The notes: generated from the letters alone by a model not told the origin. Shown: positions 1 through 13,524, counted from the stretch's first letter. The stretch is 64,000 nucleotides of DNA from Malacoraja senta (GCA_038087875.1 CM075981.1:66464001-66528000); one strand, 5' to 3'. Numbers and translations: made by a program.

Positions 1-495
1 ATTAAAGATATTGTAGCAAAGCATGTGGTAACCAGATAAAGGCAACATGGTTTTAAGAAAGGCAAATGGGGGTGGCTAATGGGAAAGGACTGGTAACACA
101 AGGTTCGTAAGACAGTGAGACTAGATTGAAAGATGCAAGGTCAATAGAGTGTTTACATGGTGGACATGGAGAAGCTGTTTCCTTTTATGGTAGAATCTAG
201 AATTAGGGGGGGGGGGTGGATAGTTTAAAAGTAAGAAGACTTAGATAAGATAAAAAAAATTCTCTCAGAGGAATATGTCTTTGAACTCTCTCCCTTGAAG
301 GGTGGGAGAAACAAAGTATTTGAATATTTTTAAGGCAGGTGGCGGTAATTTTTTGATGAGCAAGGGTGGTCGTGAAAAATTAATGGGGGTGGATACGAGT
401 GTGGACTTGAGGTTGCGAGCAGGTCAGCCACTATCTCATTAAATGTTGCAGGAGTTTGAGGAGCTGAGTGCTCTGCTCCTGCTCTCGAGCTGTAT
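1..495 (+). mobile_element. Degraded CR1 LINE fragments (RT piece and 3' end)
   Basis: caacatggttttaagaaaggcaaa (QHGF.KG.) followed by ESRIRG-like and 3'UTR-like sequence matching other CR1 copies in the window. Confidence 0.6.
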
Positions 496-499
496 GTGA

Positions 500-960
500 G
501 TATAAATACTAAGAACCATACTTGCTCAGATAGACACAAGAAACAAGCATTAACCAGGATAAATACAAGGCAAACCCCAACCACGATAAATAGCTGGAAA
601 ATCATTAACCAGGGTATATGCCAGAAGGAACATTGGCCTTAATGAATCCCAGTTATGTATCAGGATAAATACAGGCCAGCATAAATACCAGGAAAAGCAA
701 TAGCCAGTCAAAAAATGAGGAAAATCTTTAACTAGAGTAAATACCAGCAAAGAGAAAACAGGAAAATGATAAATATTCATCAGGATATATACTATACCTG
801 GATAAACCCAGTGACGATAGATATTGAGATTAAAAACTTATCCGAAGAAATAGGAAAGGCACCAGCCAGATTAAATGCCGGGAAGATTTATGGCTAGCAT
901 GAATTAGGGAAAAAGCACAAAGCAGGACCAATACCAGGAAAATAGTTAACCAGGCTAAAT
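500..960. repeat. Decayed A-rich satellite (CCAGGATAAATA-like motif)
   Basis: Recurring accaggataaata/accaggaaaa motifs; the motif resumes at ~3290-3415, ~3755-3815, ~7950-8450 and ~10300-10800. Confidence 0.65.
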
Positions 961-3290
961 ACAATAGACAATAGACAGTAGACAATTGGTGCAGGGGTAG
1001 GCCATTTGGCCCTTTGAGCAAGCACCACCATTCACTGTGATCATGGCTGATCATCCACAATCAGTACCCCGTTCGAGTCTTTTCCTCATATCCCTTGACT
1101 CCGCTATCTTTAAGAGCTCAATCTAACTCTCTCTTGAAAGCATCCCGAGAATCGGCCTCCACTGCCTTCTGAGGCAGAGAATTTCACAGATTCACAACTC
1201 TTTGGGTGAAAAGGTTTTTCCTCATCTCCGTTCTAAATGGCCTACCCCTTTTTCTTAAACTGTGGCTCCTGGTTCTGGACTCGCCCAACATCGGGAACAT
1301 TTTTCCTGCCTCGAGCGTGTCCAATCCCTTAATAATCTTATATGTTTCAATAAGATCCTCTCTCATCCTTCTAAATTCCAGTGTATGCAAGCTCAGTCGC
1401 TCCATTCTTTCAACATATGACACCCGCCATCCCGGGAATTAACCTCATGAACCTACGCTGCACTCCCTCAATAGCAAGAACGTCCTTCCTCAAATTTGGA
1501 GCCCAAAACGGCACACAGTACTCCAGGTGTGGTCTCACCAGGGCTCTGTACAACTGCAGAAGGACCTGTTTGCTCCTATACTCCTCCTCTTGTTATGAAG
1601 GCCAACATGCCATTAGCTTTGTTCACTGCCTGCTGTACCTGCATGCTTACTTTCAGTGACTGATGTACAAGGACACCCAGATCTCGTTGTACTTCCCCTT
1701 TTCCTAACTTGACACCATTCAGATAATAATCTGCCTTCCTGTTCTTGCCACCAAAGTGGATATCCTCACATTTATCCACATTAAACTGCATCTGCCATAC
1801 ATCTGTCCACTCACCCAACCTATCCCAGTCACCCTGCATCCTCAGAGCATTGTGTCATCTACAAACCCAGCTTTGTGTCATCTGCAAATTTGCCAATGTT
1901 ACTTTTAATCCCTTCGCCTAATCATTAATGTGTTTTGTGAATAACTGCGGTCCCAGCACCGAGCCTTGGGGTACCCCACTGGTTACTGCCTTCCATTCTG
2001 AAAGGGACCCATTAATCCCTACTCTTTGTTTCCTGTCTGCCAACCAATTTTCTATCTGTGTCAGTACCCTATCCCCAATACCATGTGCTCTAATTGTGCG
2101 CACTAATCTCCTTTATGGGACCTTATCAAAGGCTTTCTGAAAGTTCAGGTACACTACATCCATTGGCTCTCCCTTGTCCATTTTCCTAGTTACATCCTCA
2201 AATAATTCCAGAAGATTAGTCAAGCATGATTTCCCCTTGGTAAATTCCCCTTGGACCGATCCTGTTACTGCTATCCAAATGTGCCGCTAGTTCATATTTT
2301 ATAATTGATTCCAGCATCTTCCCCACCACCGATATCAGGCTAACTGGTCTATAATTCCCTGTTTTCTCTCTCTCTCCTTTCTTAAAAAGTGGGATAACAT
2401 TAGTTACACTCCAATCCACAGGAACTGATCCTGAATCTATAGAACACTGGAAAATGATCACCAATGCGTCCACGATTTCTAGAGCCACCTCCTTAAGTAC
2501 CCTGGGATGCAGACCATCAGGCTCTGGGGATTTATCAGCTTTCAGTCCCATCAGTCTACCCAACACCATTTCCTACCTAATGTGAATTTCCTTCAGTTCC
2601 TCCGTCATCCTAGATCCTCTGGCCACTAGTACATCTGGGAGATTGTTTGTCTTCCTTAGTGAAGACGGATCCAAAGTACCTGTTCAACTCATCTGCCATT
2701 TCCTTGTTCCCCATAATAAATTCACCTGTTTCTGTCTTCAATGGACCCATACTTGTCTGAACTAATTTTTTCCTCTTCACATACCTAAAGAAGCTTTTAC
2801 TATCCTCCTTTATATTCTTGGTTAGCTTACCGTCGTACCTCATCTTTTCTCCCTGTATTGCCTTTATAGTTATCTTCTGTTGCTCTTTAAAAGTTTCCCA
2901 ATCCTCTGGCTTCCCACTCATCTGTGCTATGTTATACTTCTTATTTATTTTTATACTGTCCTTGATTTCCCTTGTCAGCCACGGTCACCTCTTACTCCTC
3001 TTAGAATCTTTCTGTCTCTTTGGAATGAACTGATCCTGAACCTTCTGTATTATTCCCAGAAATACCTGCCATTGATGTTCCACTGTCATCCCTGCTTGGG
3101 TCTCTTTCCAGTAAACTTTGGCCAGCTCCTCCTTCATGACTCCATAGTCCCCTTTGCTCAACTGCAATACTGACACTTCCGATTTTCCCTTCTCCCTCTC
3201 AAATTGCAGATTTAAACTTATCATATTATGATCATTACCTCCGAATGGGTCCTTTACCTTAGTTCCCTTATCAAACCCGGTTCATTACAC
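961..3290 (-). mobile_element. 5'-truncated CR1 (HER1-like) LINE, frameshifted ORF2 RT
   Basis: Minus-strand ORFs give KSPEPDGLHPRVLKE, NYRPVSLISVVGK, VTSGVPQGSVLGP, FADDTKL (~1866-1888), WQMQFNVDKC, LEFRRMREDLIETYKI; (CTATTGT)n tail at 961-985. Confidence 0.95.
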
Positions 3291-3414
3291 AACCAGGATA
3301 AACACTGGATCAGTTTATCACGGAAAAACAACCCTGGTGTAGGTAAATGTCAGTATAGATCTAGTCAGCATAAACATAGGAAAAAGCATTAATCAGAATA
3401 AGCACTAGCCAGGA

Positions 3415-3752
3415 TAGAACATAGAACATACAACACGTTTGGCCCACAATGTCTATGCTGAAGATGGTGCCATTAATTTAATGCCTTCTGCCTATATGCG
3501 TCCTGTATCCCTTCCTTCTCTGCATGCCCTTGCTTATCTAAAAGCTCTTCAACGCCACTTCATATCTGATTCCACCCTCAACTTGGCAGTGCACTCTTGT
3601 CTATGTAAAAACTTGCCCGCACATCTCCTTTACATTTTGTCCCTCACCTTAAAGCTGTGCCCTCTAGTCCTTGACATTTCCAAATTGGGAAATAGGATCT
3701 GATTGTTTACCCTATTTATGCCTCACATCATTTTATATACTTCTGTCAGGTC
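3415..3752 (-). mobile_element. CR1 3' fragment
   Basis: atagaac tail and CR1 3'UTR/ORF end in antisense. Confidence 0.7.
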
Positions 3753-3911
3753 AGTAAATAAATGATTCTGGAGAAATGACAGGATTATATACTAGCTAGA
3801 GAAACATTAGCCCAGTTATGAACATATGAGTTCGGAGCAGGAATAGGCCATAAAGCTTTTCAAACCTGCTCTGACAGTTAATAAATTCATGGCAATCTGA
3901 ATGTAACCTCA

Positions 3912-6048
3912 ACTACTGTCCCGGTGGCTCTGACATCCACCTTTATGAAGTGCTTCGAGAGTCTGGTGCACCAGCTGTCTCAGTCATCCTCGATCCGCTA
4001 AAATTCCCACAGCAGACACCATCTCCCAGACCGTACAATCATCCTTGGAACAGTCGGATAACAAGTCTATCTATGTCAGATGGATAACAAGTCTATCTAT
4101 GTCAGATTTCTATTTATTGTAGGGTAGTGGATGTTGTCTACCTGAATTTTAGTAAAACATTTGCTAAAGTTCCTCATGTTAGGCTGATCCAGATGATTAA
4201 GGTACATGGGATCCACAGTGACCTGATAGTTTGGATCGGGAACTGGCTTGCCGCTCTGAAAATGTAGTGGTGTAAGGATATTATTCTGGCTGGAAGTCTG
4301 TGATCAGTGGTATTCTGATATCTGTACTGGCACCTCCGTTGTTTGTTTATATATATTGGATGTAAATGTAGATGGTTGGTTAGTAATTGTATAACAACAC
4401 CAATATTGATGGGATTGCGGACAGTGAGGAAGGCTGCCACAGGGTACAGTAATATATAAATCAGTTACAGATGTGTGACTAAAAGAGAGGTGGAGCTTGA
4501 ACTGAGTAAATGTGTGTTGCCCTTTGAAAGATCAAATGTAAGCAGAAAGTATGTAGATATTGGCAAGGTTCTTAATAGTATCGAGAGATCTTGGGGTCCA
4601 AGTCCATATCTCCATGAAAGTGGCAACACAAGCAGATAGACTGGTAAAGTAGGTGTATACTTGCTTTCATTAGTCAGGGCTTTGAGTATAAGAATCAGGA
4701 AATCATGTTGCAGCTTTATAGGACTTTGGTTAGGCCGCTTTTGGAGTATTGTGTGCTGTTCTGGTCATTTCATTACGATGTGGAGGCTTTGGATGGGGTG
4801 CAGAAGCGGTTTACCAGAACGCTGCCTGGATTAGTGGACTTAGCTGTAAGGTTGGATACATTTAGATTCTTCTTTCTGGAGTGGCGGAGGTTGGAGGGTG
4901 TTCTGACAGATGTATATGAAATGGTGAGAAGCATAGACAATGTAGATTCCTTCTCCCAGGGTAGAGATTTCAAAGACTAGATGGCATAGCTTTAATGTCA
5001 GAGAGGAAAGTTTAAAGGAGATGTGCGAGGCAAGTTTTTAGATAGGGTGGTGGGTGCCTGGAATGCTCTGCCAGGGGTGGTGGTGGAAACAAACTTGACA
5101 GTGGGATTTAAGAAGTTTTAGAACGGCATATGGATGTGCAGGGAATGGAGGGATATGAATCATATGCAGGAAAAGGAGATTAGTTTAACCTGGCATCCTG
5201 TTTCAAACCGATATTGTGAACCATAGGTCCTGTTTCTGTGCTATATTCAATTGACTATAGTTCAGTATTCAACACAATAAGTCAAACCAAATGCATATCC
5301 AAACTCCTGGACCAACCCCCTCTGCAACAGGATCCTCGACTACAGTCAATAAGGATAGGTGACAAAACATCTTCCATGAAAGTTTCTCAACAGTGATGCC
5401 CTATGAGGATGCCTTCTCAGCCCCTTACTATACTCCCTACACTCTCACAACTGTGTGGTCATATTCTGCTCTAACTCCATTTATAAGTTTGCATTGGACT
5501 GGATCTTGAACAATGACAAGGTGGAGTACAGGAAGTAGATAGAGAGCTTAGTAGAATGCTGTCAAGTCAAGAACCTCTCCCTCCGCAAAACAAAGATGGC
5601 TCCAATCATCAACTTCAGGACACAGGTTGTGTACATGTCACGGTCAAATTCATTGGTGCTGAAGTAGAGGTGGTCAAGACCTTCAAGTTTCTTAGCGTAA
5701 ATAACACCCAGCAATTTGTCTTGGTCCAACCACATTCATGCTATGGTCAAGAAAACACAGCAATGTTTCTACTTTCTCAAACAACAAAGGAAATTTTGTA
5801 TGCCTTCAATGAGTCTTAGTAATTTCTACAGATGCACCATTGAAAGCATTCTATTGGGATGCGTCACAGCTTGGTTTGGCAACTACTCTGCCCAAGACTG
5901 CTAGAAATTGCGTAGTTGTGATTGCAGCCCAGTCCATCACGCAAACCAATCTCACCTTCATCTACTCCATCTACACTTTATACTGCCTTGGGGAAGCAGC
6001 TATCATAATCAAGGACCACTTAGACTGCGGCCATTCCCTCTTCTCCAT
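3912..6048 (+). mobile_element. Rex1/Babar LINE RT fragment, split by a CR1 insertion
   Basis: PVALTSTFMKCFESLV and YVRFLFI (to 4119), then DYSSVFNT, G.LLSPLLYSL.T, KTFKFL, LSWSNHI, FYRCTIESILLGCVTAWFGN (5254-6048). Confidence 0.85.
4120..5249 (+). mobile_element. CR1 LINE RT-to-3'UTR fragment
   Basis: VDVVYLNFSKTF, MLQLYRTLVRPLLEYCVLFWS, VQKRFTRTLPGL; 3'UTR ends cctgtttctgtgcta. Confidence 0.9.
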
Positions 6049-6049
6049 T

Positions 6050-7215
6050 GTAGAGGTGAGAACAGTCATAATGTTTAAAAGACATTGGCACGTGTACATG
6101 GATAGAAAACATGCAGAAAGATATGAGCCAAATGCAGTCAAATGTGCCTATGGTTGGCATGGACAGTCAAGCCGAAGGATCTATTTCCATGATATATAAC
6201 TCTATGAGTCTATGATTCTAAAGGTATGGAAATTTAAATATGGTACCTACATCAGTTCCCCTTTAGGAACAGCACATGTTAATTCTTTAAAGGCCTCCAG
6301 TGATATTGTCAGACCTGATCTGCCTTCCAAAAAAATCATGCTGGCGTTACTTGATTATTTTCCATTTTTCTGTGCTCTGCTACATCTATAGTAATAACTT
6401 TTGACATTTTCCCTGTGACAGATGTTAAGCTAATTGGCCTGTGGTTGCCTGCATTTTCTCACATTCCCTTTTCGAACAAAGAGTTTGCTACATTTCCAAT
6501 CTTATAATTCTGATGCAACCTTCCCTGAAACTAGGGAATTCTGGAAAACAAAAACCAACTCATTAATTACCTCATTAGCCACTTCTTTTAAGGCTCTCGG
6601 ATGACGTTCATAAGGAACCAAGGCCTGTCATCCCATGGATCCAACAGTTTCAACAGTACCTCTGCTCCAGTGAATATAATTTTCCTGATTTTTTCTCTCT
6701 TACAATCCCAATTTACAACTATTTCTGGAATGCTACCTGTGTCCCCTGTGATGAAGGCCGTTGCAAACATACCTATTAAATTATTTGCCATTTCCTTGTT
6801 TTCCATTATTAATGCACCAAACTCATTTTCTATAGGACCAACATACACATTGTCTTCGCTTTTTTAAACATTGTGTGAACCTTACACTGTTTTTACATTT
6901 CTTGAAGAATTTATCTTGCACACGAATGTTACTTTATATTAATCTTTTAATCAATCTGTTGAATCTGATAATCATTCTGTTGAATCTGAATCTACCAGCC
7001 ATGTTTATACAAATAAATGCTTTTCCTTGGATACTGAACCAAACTTCTTAATTTCACCACAGATTGTGCATCTGCATTTTGGTGATTTCCGTTCTCATTG
7101 GAATATATTTTAGGCAATGTGACAGATGTCCTTAACTGCCTGCCACTGCACCTTGACTGATCCACGCCCTAACCTCGTTGGCCAGTCCATGTTGTACAAC
7201 TCTGCCTTCATGGCC
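6050..7215. mobile_element. CR1 3' end (+, ~6050-6220) and degraded CR1 ORF2 (-, ~6240-7215)
   Basis: ctctatgagtctatgatt tail; minus-strand VGPIENEFGALIMENKEMA linker motif. Confidence 0.7.
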
Positions 7216-7261
7216 CTAGTTTGTTTAAAATAATAAATTGCACCTTTTCATGAGTTGACTG

Positions 7262-7505
7262 GCGACAGTGGGAGAGGAACCCTGGAAGTGCAGGTTACCT
7301 GAAACTGGAATATTCAATGTTCATACCATTGCGATCCATGTGAAACATGAGGTGTTGTCCATCTGGGTTGTGTTTGGTGTTACCCTAGCAGTGGAGAAGC
7401 CTGAGGATAGGCCGGTTGGTGTGTGAAAAAGAAAGGGAGTTGAAATACAAAGAGAAACCCAAGTTGGCCATTGAAGACAGAATATAGTGCTCCACAAATG
7501 AGTCA
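7262..7505 (-). mobile_element. Penelope-like element GIY-YIG C-terminal fragment
   Basis: Antisense reads GMNIEYSSFR*, the same terminus as the PLE pieces at ~24790, ~26080, ~49380 and ~61820. Confidence 0.6.
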
Positions 7506-8597
7506 ATATAAAGTCACAGAGTCATACAGCATGAATACAGGAACTCTGCCCCAACCTACACTAGTCCCACCTGCCTGCAATCAGCCCATATCCCTCTAAA
7601 CCTTTCCTATGCATGTAACTGTCCAAATATCTTTTAAATGTATGTCTTTAAATGTATTTTAAATGGATATATGTTGTAATAAATGTGGGAGTGAAAACAC
7701 AAGCCAGAAGAAATATAAAGTATCAGGAGAAGCAGTAGCATCTCAAAGATGTGCTGGTTATTAAGTTCACTGTAGTTACCACCAGTTTAGGTAAATGGTA
7801 GAAGAATCACTAAGAGTTAATAGGCATGTTTAATTGAATAGGTTGCAAGGAAATAGTGGGGAACGGCACTTGAGAGATGGCTCTGAGGGCCAATTTAGAC
7901 ACAACCGGCCAAACGGCCTTCCTCTATTTATGGTAAAATATGACATATATAATAAATATAAGGACCACCAAGAAAGCAACTAGCAGCCAGAATATCATGA
8001 TAAACATCGACTATGATACCGACCAAGATATGTACCAGTCAGGCTAAAAACTATTGGCCACAATAATACCAGAACATGAGGCTGGATCGATACTGGAGAA
8101 AGCACAAACCTGTACATAAAAACAAGATAAATACAGGTCAGGAAAAGCTCTAATCAACAAAAATACCAGAAGTGCTAGCCAGGAATAATAGCAGGACAGA
8201 TATGAGCTGGAATCTGTACAAGGATAAACACCTGCCAGTGTAAACCCTATGAAAAAAATTAATCAGAATAAATACCAAGTAAGCCCTCACCAGGATAAAC
8301 ATCCGGCAGCATACCGAGAAAAGAAATGCAAAATATCCAGACCAACAGAAGCCAGGGGAATTACCAGGATAGTGCCTATTTAAGACAGATACCAAGATAA
8401 TCATAAGCCAGAAGAAATGCCAGGAAAATGCTAGTACTGTAGCCCAGTTCATAATGTCTAATATTCCTTTCTTACAGTGTCAGGCCTCTGATGGCCAGAA
8501 CAGCACCCCACAGTTAAACAATGACACACCTACCCACTGGTATGTTATCCCAGTGTAATGCAGTGACATACCCCCACCCCCAGTATAGCACACCAAT

Positions 8598-8925
8598 GTG
8601 GCACAATGGTGCATCTAGTCGAGCTGCTGCCACACAGCCCCAGCAACCTGGGTTCAATCCGGACCTCCAGCGCTGTTTGCATGATCTCCCTGTAATTATG
8701 TGGATTTCTTTCATTGGCTCTGCTTTCTTCCCACATCCCAAATACATGTTAGTTGCCAGGTTAATTGGCAACTGTAAATTATCCTTAGTGTGGATGTGAA
8801 TGGCAGAATCTAGTGGGAGTTAATGGGAATGCAGGGAGAATAAAATGTGATTAGTGTAGGATTAATGTAAATAGATACTTGATGGTCGGTGTGGATACAA
8901 TATGCTCGAGGGCCTATTTCTGTTT
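8598..8925 (+). mobile_element. HE1/V-SINE (tRNA-derived), old copy; duplicate at ~10949-11276
   Basis: tRNA-like head with B box GGTTCAATCC, V-domain (ttcttcccacatcccaaa), CR1-type tail. Confidence 0.8.
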
Positions 8926-9044
8926 AGTGTCACCCTGAAACGGTAACTGAATAAGAACTACTACACAGGTACTCACTACTCCCAGCAGCAGAGTATCTCA
9001 ATGTAGTAAAGGGACTGACCTGCACTGCACAGCATCAAAATTTA

Positions 9045-9716
9045 CTGTGCAAAATAAAAACTCATGGTATAGGAGGTACCATTTTGGTATGGATAGAAGA
9101 TGAACTGACAAAGCAGCAAGCAGGTATAAGTGGTTGGTAGACAAAAATGCTGGAGAAACTCAGCGGATGAGGCAGCATCTATGGAGCGAAGGAAATAGGC
9201 AATGCTTCGGGTCGAAACCCTTCTTCAGTCTGAAGAAGTGTTTCAACCCGAAGCGTTGCCTATTTCCTTCGCTCCATAGATGTTGCCTCACCCGCTGAGT
9301 TTCTCCAGCATTTTTGTCTACCTTCGATTTTCCAGCATCTGCAGTTCCTTCTTAAACTGATATAAATGATTATTTTTTTCTGGTTGGCTAGTTATTGGAC
9401 AAGTAAGTTGTGAAGAGGACACAAGGAGGCTGCAGAGGGATATCGAATGGTTATATGAGTGGGTAATGATGCAGTTGCAGCAACCAATTGGGAAACCTAA
9501 CAGGATGTTATTGTATATGGTGAGAGGAATAGAATACAAAGTAGGAAGGTTATGCTTCAGTGATATAGATAATTTCTGATACAACATCTGGAGTACTATA
9601 TACTTATCGGTCTCCTTGTTTCAGGTAGGATGTTCAGAGAGAGTTAACATGACTGATATGTGGTGTGGGCGGGTGGTCGTGAGGAAAGGTTGAACAGTCT
9701 AGGTTTGTGTCTGCTG
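9045..9716 (+). mobile_element. Degraded CR1 RT fragment interrupted by a PLE fold-back insert; copy 2 at ~11396-12400 continues to the 3'UTR
   Basis: KIKTHGIGG, RGIEYK and LGLCLLKFRRVRG motifs. Confidence 0.7.
9137..9357. mobile_element. PLE-derived fold-back element with degenerate hammerhead-like cores (duplicate 11488-11708)
   Basis: ~90-bp inverted arms centred on cttcttcag-t-ctgaagaag plus a ~37-nt tail ending ttcttaaac. Confidence 0.85.
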
Positions 9717-12419
9717 GGTTGTGTTTGGTGTTACCCTAGCAGTGGAGAAGCCTGAGGATAGGCCGGTTGGTGTGTGAAAAGGAAAGGGAGTTGAAATACA
9801 AAGAGAAACCCAAGTTGGCCATTGAAGACAGAATATAGTGCTCCACAAATGAGTCAATATAAAGTCACAGAGTCATACAGCATGAATACAGGAACTCTGC
9901 CCCAACCTACACTAGTCCCACCTGCCTGCAATCAGCCCATATCCCTCTAAACCTTTCCTATGCATGTAACTGTCCAAATATCTTTTAAATGTATGTCTTT
10001 AAATGTATTTTAAATGGATATATGTTGTAATAAATGTGGGAGTGAAAACACAAGCCAGAAGAAATATAAAGTATCAGGAGAAGCAGTAGCATCTCAAAGA
10101 TGTGCTGGTTATTAAGTTCACTGTAGTTACCACCAGTTTAGGTAAATGGTAGAAGAATCACTAAGAGTTAATAGGCATGTTTAATTGAATAGGTTGCAAG
10201 GAAATAGTGGGGAACGGCACTTGAGAGATGGCTCTGAGGGCCAATTTAGACACAACCGGCCAAACGGCCTTCCTCTATTTATGGTAAAATATGACATATA
10301 TAATAAATATAAGGACCACCAAGAAAGCAACTAGCAGCCAGAATATCATGATAAACATCGACTATGATACCGACCAAGATATGTACCAGTCAGGCTAAAA
10401 ACTATTGGCCACAATAATACCAGAACATGAGGCTGGATCGATACTGGAGAAAGCACAAACCTGTACATAAAAACAAGATAAATACAGGTCAGGAAAAGCT
10501 CTAATCAACAAAAATACCAGAAGTGCTAGCCAGGAATAATAGCAGGACAGATATGAGCTGGAATCTGTACAAGGATAAACACCTGCCAGTGTAAACCCTA
10601 TGAAAAAAATTAATCAGAATAAATACCAAGTAAGCCCTCACCAGGATAAACATCCGGCAGCATACCGAGAAAAGAAATGCAAAATATCCAGACCAACAGA
10701 AGCCAGGGGAATTACCAGGATAGTGCCTATTTAAGACAGATACCAAGATAATCATAAGCCAGAAGAAATGCCAGGAAAATGCTAGTACTGTAGCCCAGTT
10801 CATAATGTCTAATATTCCTTTCTTACAGTGTCAGGCCTCTGATGGCCAGAACAGCACCCCACAGTTAAACAATGACACACCTACCCACTGGTATGTTATC
10901 CCAGTGTAATGCAGTGACATACCCCCACCCCCAGTATAGCACACCAATGTGGCACAATGGTGCATCTAGTCGAGCTGCTGCCACACAGCCCCAGCAACCT
11001 GGGTTCAATCCGGACCTCCAGCGCTGTTTGCATGATCTCCCTGTAATTATGTGGATTTCTTTCATTGGCTCTGCTTTCTTCCCACATCCCAAATACATGT
11101 TAGTTGCCAGGTTAATTGGCAACTGTAAATTATCCTTAGTGTGGATGTGAATGGCAGAATCTAGTGGGAGTTAATGGGAATGCAGGGAGAATAAAATGTG
11201 ATTAGTGTAGGATTAATGTAAATAGATACTTGATGGTCGGTGTGGATACAATATGCTCGAGGGCCTATTTCTGTTTAGTGTCACCCTGAAACGGTAACTG
11301 AATAAGAACTACTACACAGGTACTCACTACTCCCAGCAGCAGAGTACCTCAATGTAGTAAAGGGACTGACCTGCACTGCACAGCATCAAAATTTACTGTG
11401 CAAAATAAAAACTCATGGTATAGGAGGTACCATTTTGGTATGGATAGAAGATGAACTGACAAAGCAGCAAGCAGGTATAAGTGGTTGGTAGACAAAAATG
11501 CTGGAGAAACTCAGCGGATGAGGCAGCATCTATGGAGCGAAGGAAATAGGCAATGCTTCGGGTCGAAACCCTTCTTCGGTCTGAAGAAGTGTTTCAACCC
11601 GAAGCGTTGCCTATTTCCTTCGCTCCATAGATGTTGCCTCACCCGCTGAGTTTCTCCAGCATTTTTGTCTACCTTCGATTTTCCAGCATCTGCAGTTCCT
11701 TCTTAAACTGATATAAATGATTATTTTTTTCTGGTTGGCTAGTTATTGGACAAGTAAGTTGTGAAGAGGACACAAGGAGGCTGCAGAGGGATATCGAATG
11801 GTTATATGAGTGGGTAATGATGCAGTTGCAGCAACCAATTGGGAAACCTAACAGGATGTTATTGTATATGGTGAGAGGAATAGAATACAAAGTAGGAAGG
11901 TTATGCTTCAGTGATATAGATAATTTCTGATACAACATCTGGAGTACTATATACTTATCGGTCTCCTTGTTTCAGGTAGGATGTTCAGAGAGAGTTAACA
12001 TGACTGATATGTGGTGTGGGCGGGTGGTCGTGAGGAAAGGTTGAACAGTCTAGGTTTGTGTCTGCTGAAGTTCAGAAGAGTGAGAGGAGAAGGGATAAAG
12101 AACCCTGAAGGGTTGACAGCGTGAATGTAAAGAGGTCACTGTTTACAAATGAGGGATTGTCCATTTAGAACAGAGATGAGATAACAGTTTATTACAATGA
12201 ATTGTGAGCTCGCATTTTCTAACAACTATGGAAGGAGAGTGATATTTTTAAAGGCGAGGAAGATAAATCCATGATAAGCAAAGGGGGACGGGGGTTAATA
12301 TTATCATTGGTAGGCAGGAATAGGAAACTGAGTTTACAGTCAGGTCAGCCAGGATCTTATTAAATGGTGGAGGGGAGTCATGACCCATTTTCTGTTCCTC
12401 CTTGATATTACTCCGATAT

Positions 12420-13520
12420 TATACACAGACAGACCTGCAGAGATCAGTGATGCAACTCGGTGTCATGCACTGACATTTCTGTCCAAGTGACTTTTAAACG
12501 TTGTTATTGCACCTGATTCAACTACCTGCTCTGGTAGCACTTTCCATATACCCACCACCCTCTGTGTGAAACAGTGAAATGTCACACAGTGACATTTCTG
12601 TGTCCACCAGTATTGTATCCCAGTGTTACACAGTGACAGACCTATCCCCACCAGTAGTTCAACCAATGTTATATAATAACAGACTCGTCCCCACTAGTAC
12701 TGAACTATTGCTACCGTGACAGACCAGCCCCTACCAGTACTCTACCCCAGTGCTAAATTTTCCCCTGCTTGTAGTATACTTCAGTGTATTACAGTCACAT
12801 TCTGGATCCATCAGGACTCAACTCCAGTGGGAGAATACCAGACCAGTCCATGCTAGTATTGTATCCCAGTTTGATATGGTGCCAGACTTGTCTCAACTAG
12901 TACTGTACCCCAGTTATATAGTGACAGACATGTTCCCACCAGTACTGTACCCTAGTGTCATAAAGTAACAAACGTGTCCCCACCAGTACTGTACCCCAAT
13001 ATTATACAGTTACAGACCTGTTCCAACTAATAATGTACCTTGGTCATGTCATCTAGTAAATGTGGCAGCAGATATGAAACCTTGAGTAATACAATGACAG
13101 ATCAGTGCCCGGCGGATTCCGTGCAATACAATGGCAGACCTGTGTCCTTTCGTGCTACACCCTGATAATGCCAGACCAGCAGCAGACCTGTCCTTCCCCG
13201 TGGTGTACCCCGGTGTTATACTGCAAGACCTGCATTCCTCAGTACTGTACTGAACTGTTCTCAAGTCACTAATCTGCCCCAGCCAGTAATGTGCCTTTGT
13301 GTAAAGTTGTTTCCACCTGCTGGATCATTTTCCTGCATGTTCTGCATCCTAGTTTTATACAAGGACATATCTGAGACCCTCAGTATAGTACTACAGTGTT
13401 ATACAGGAACACATCTCTCCCAGCCAGTACAGTATTACAGCAGTATATGGTGACAGACCTGTACACACTGGTACTGAACACCAGTATTGTACAGGGATTA
13501 ATCTGCATCTACCAGCAATG
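12420..13520. repeat. Decayed ~44-bp satellite (gtgttatacagtgacagacctgtccccaccagtactgtacccca)
   Basis: Roughly 20 diverged units; outliers at ~8500-8600, ~14670, ~15150 and ~15740-15930; small CR1 piece at ~12470-12570. Confidence 0.85.
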
Positions 13521-13524
13521 TAAA

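Larger units (their letters stand above)
7363..12067. repeat. Tandem segmental duplication, 2 x 2351 bp
   Basis: Identical ORFs offset by 2351 bp (8150/10501, 8514/10865, 9318/11669); three substitutions spotted by eye; CTG shared at 7363, 9714 and 12065. Confidence 0.97.

Noticed and set aside
12420-13520. 44-bp repeats as a CRISPR array
   Set aside because: No unique spacers, no cas genes, eukaryotic context; diverged tandem satellite
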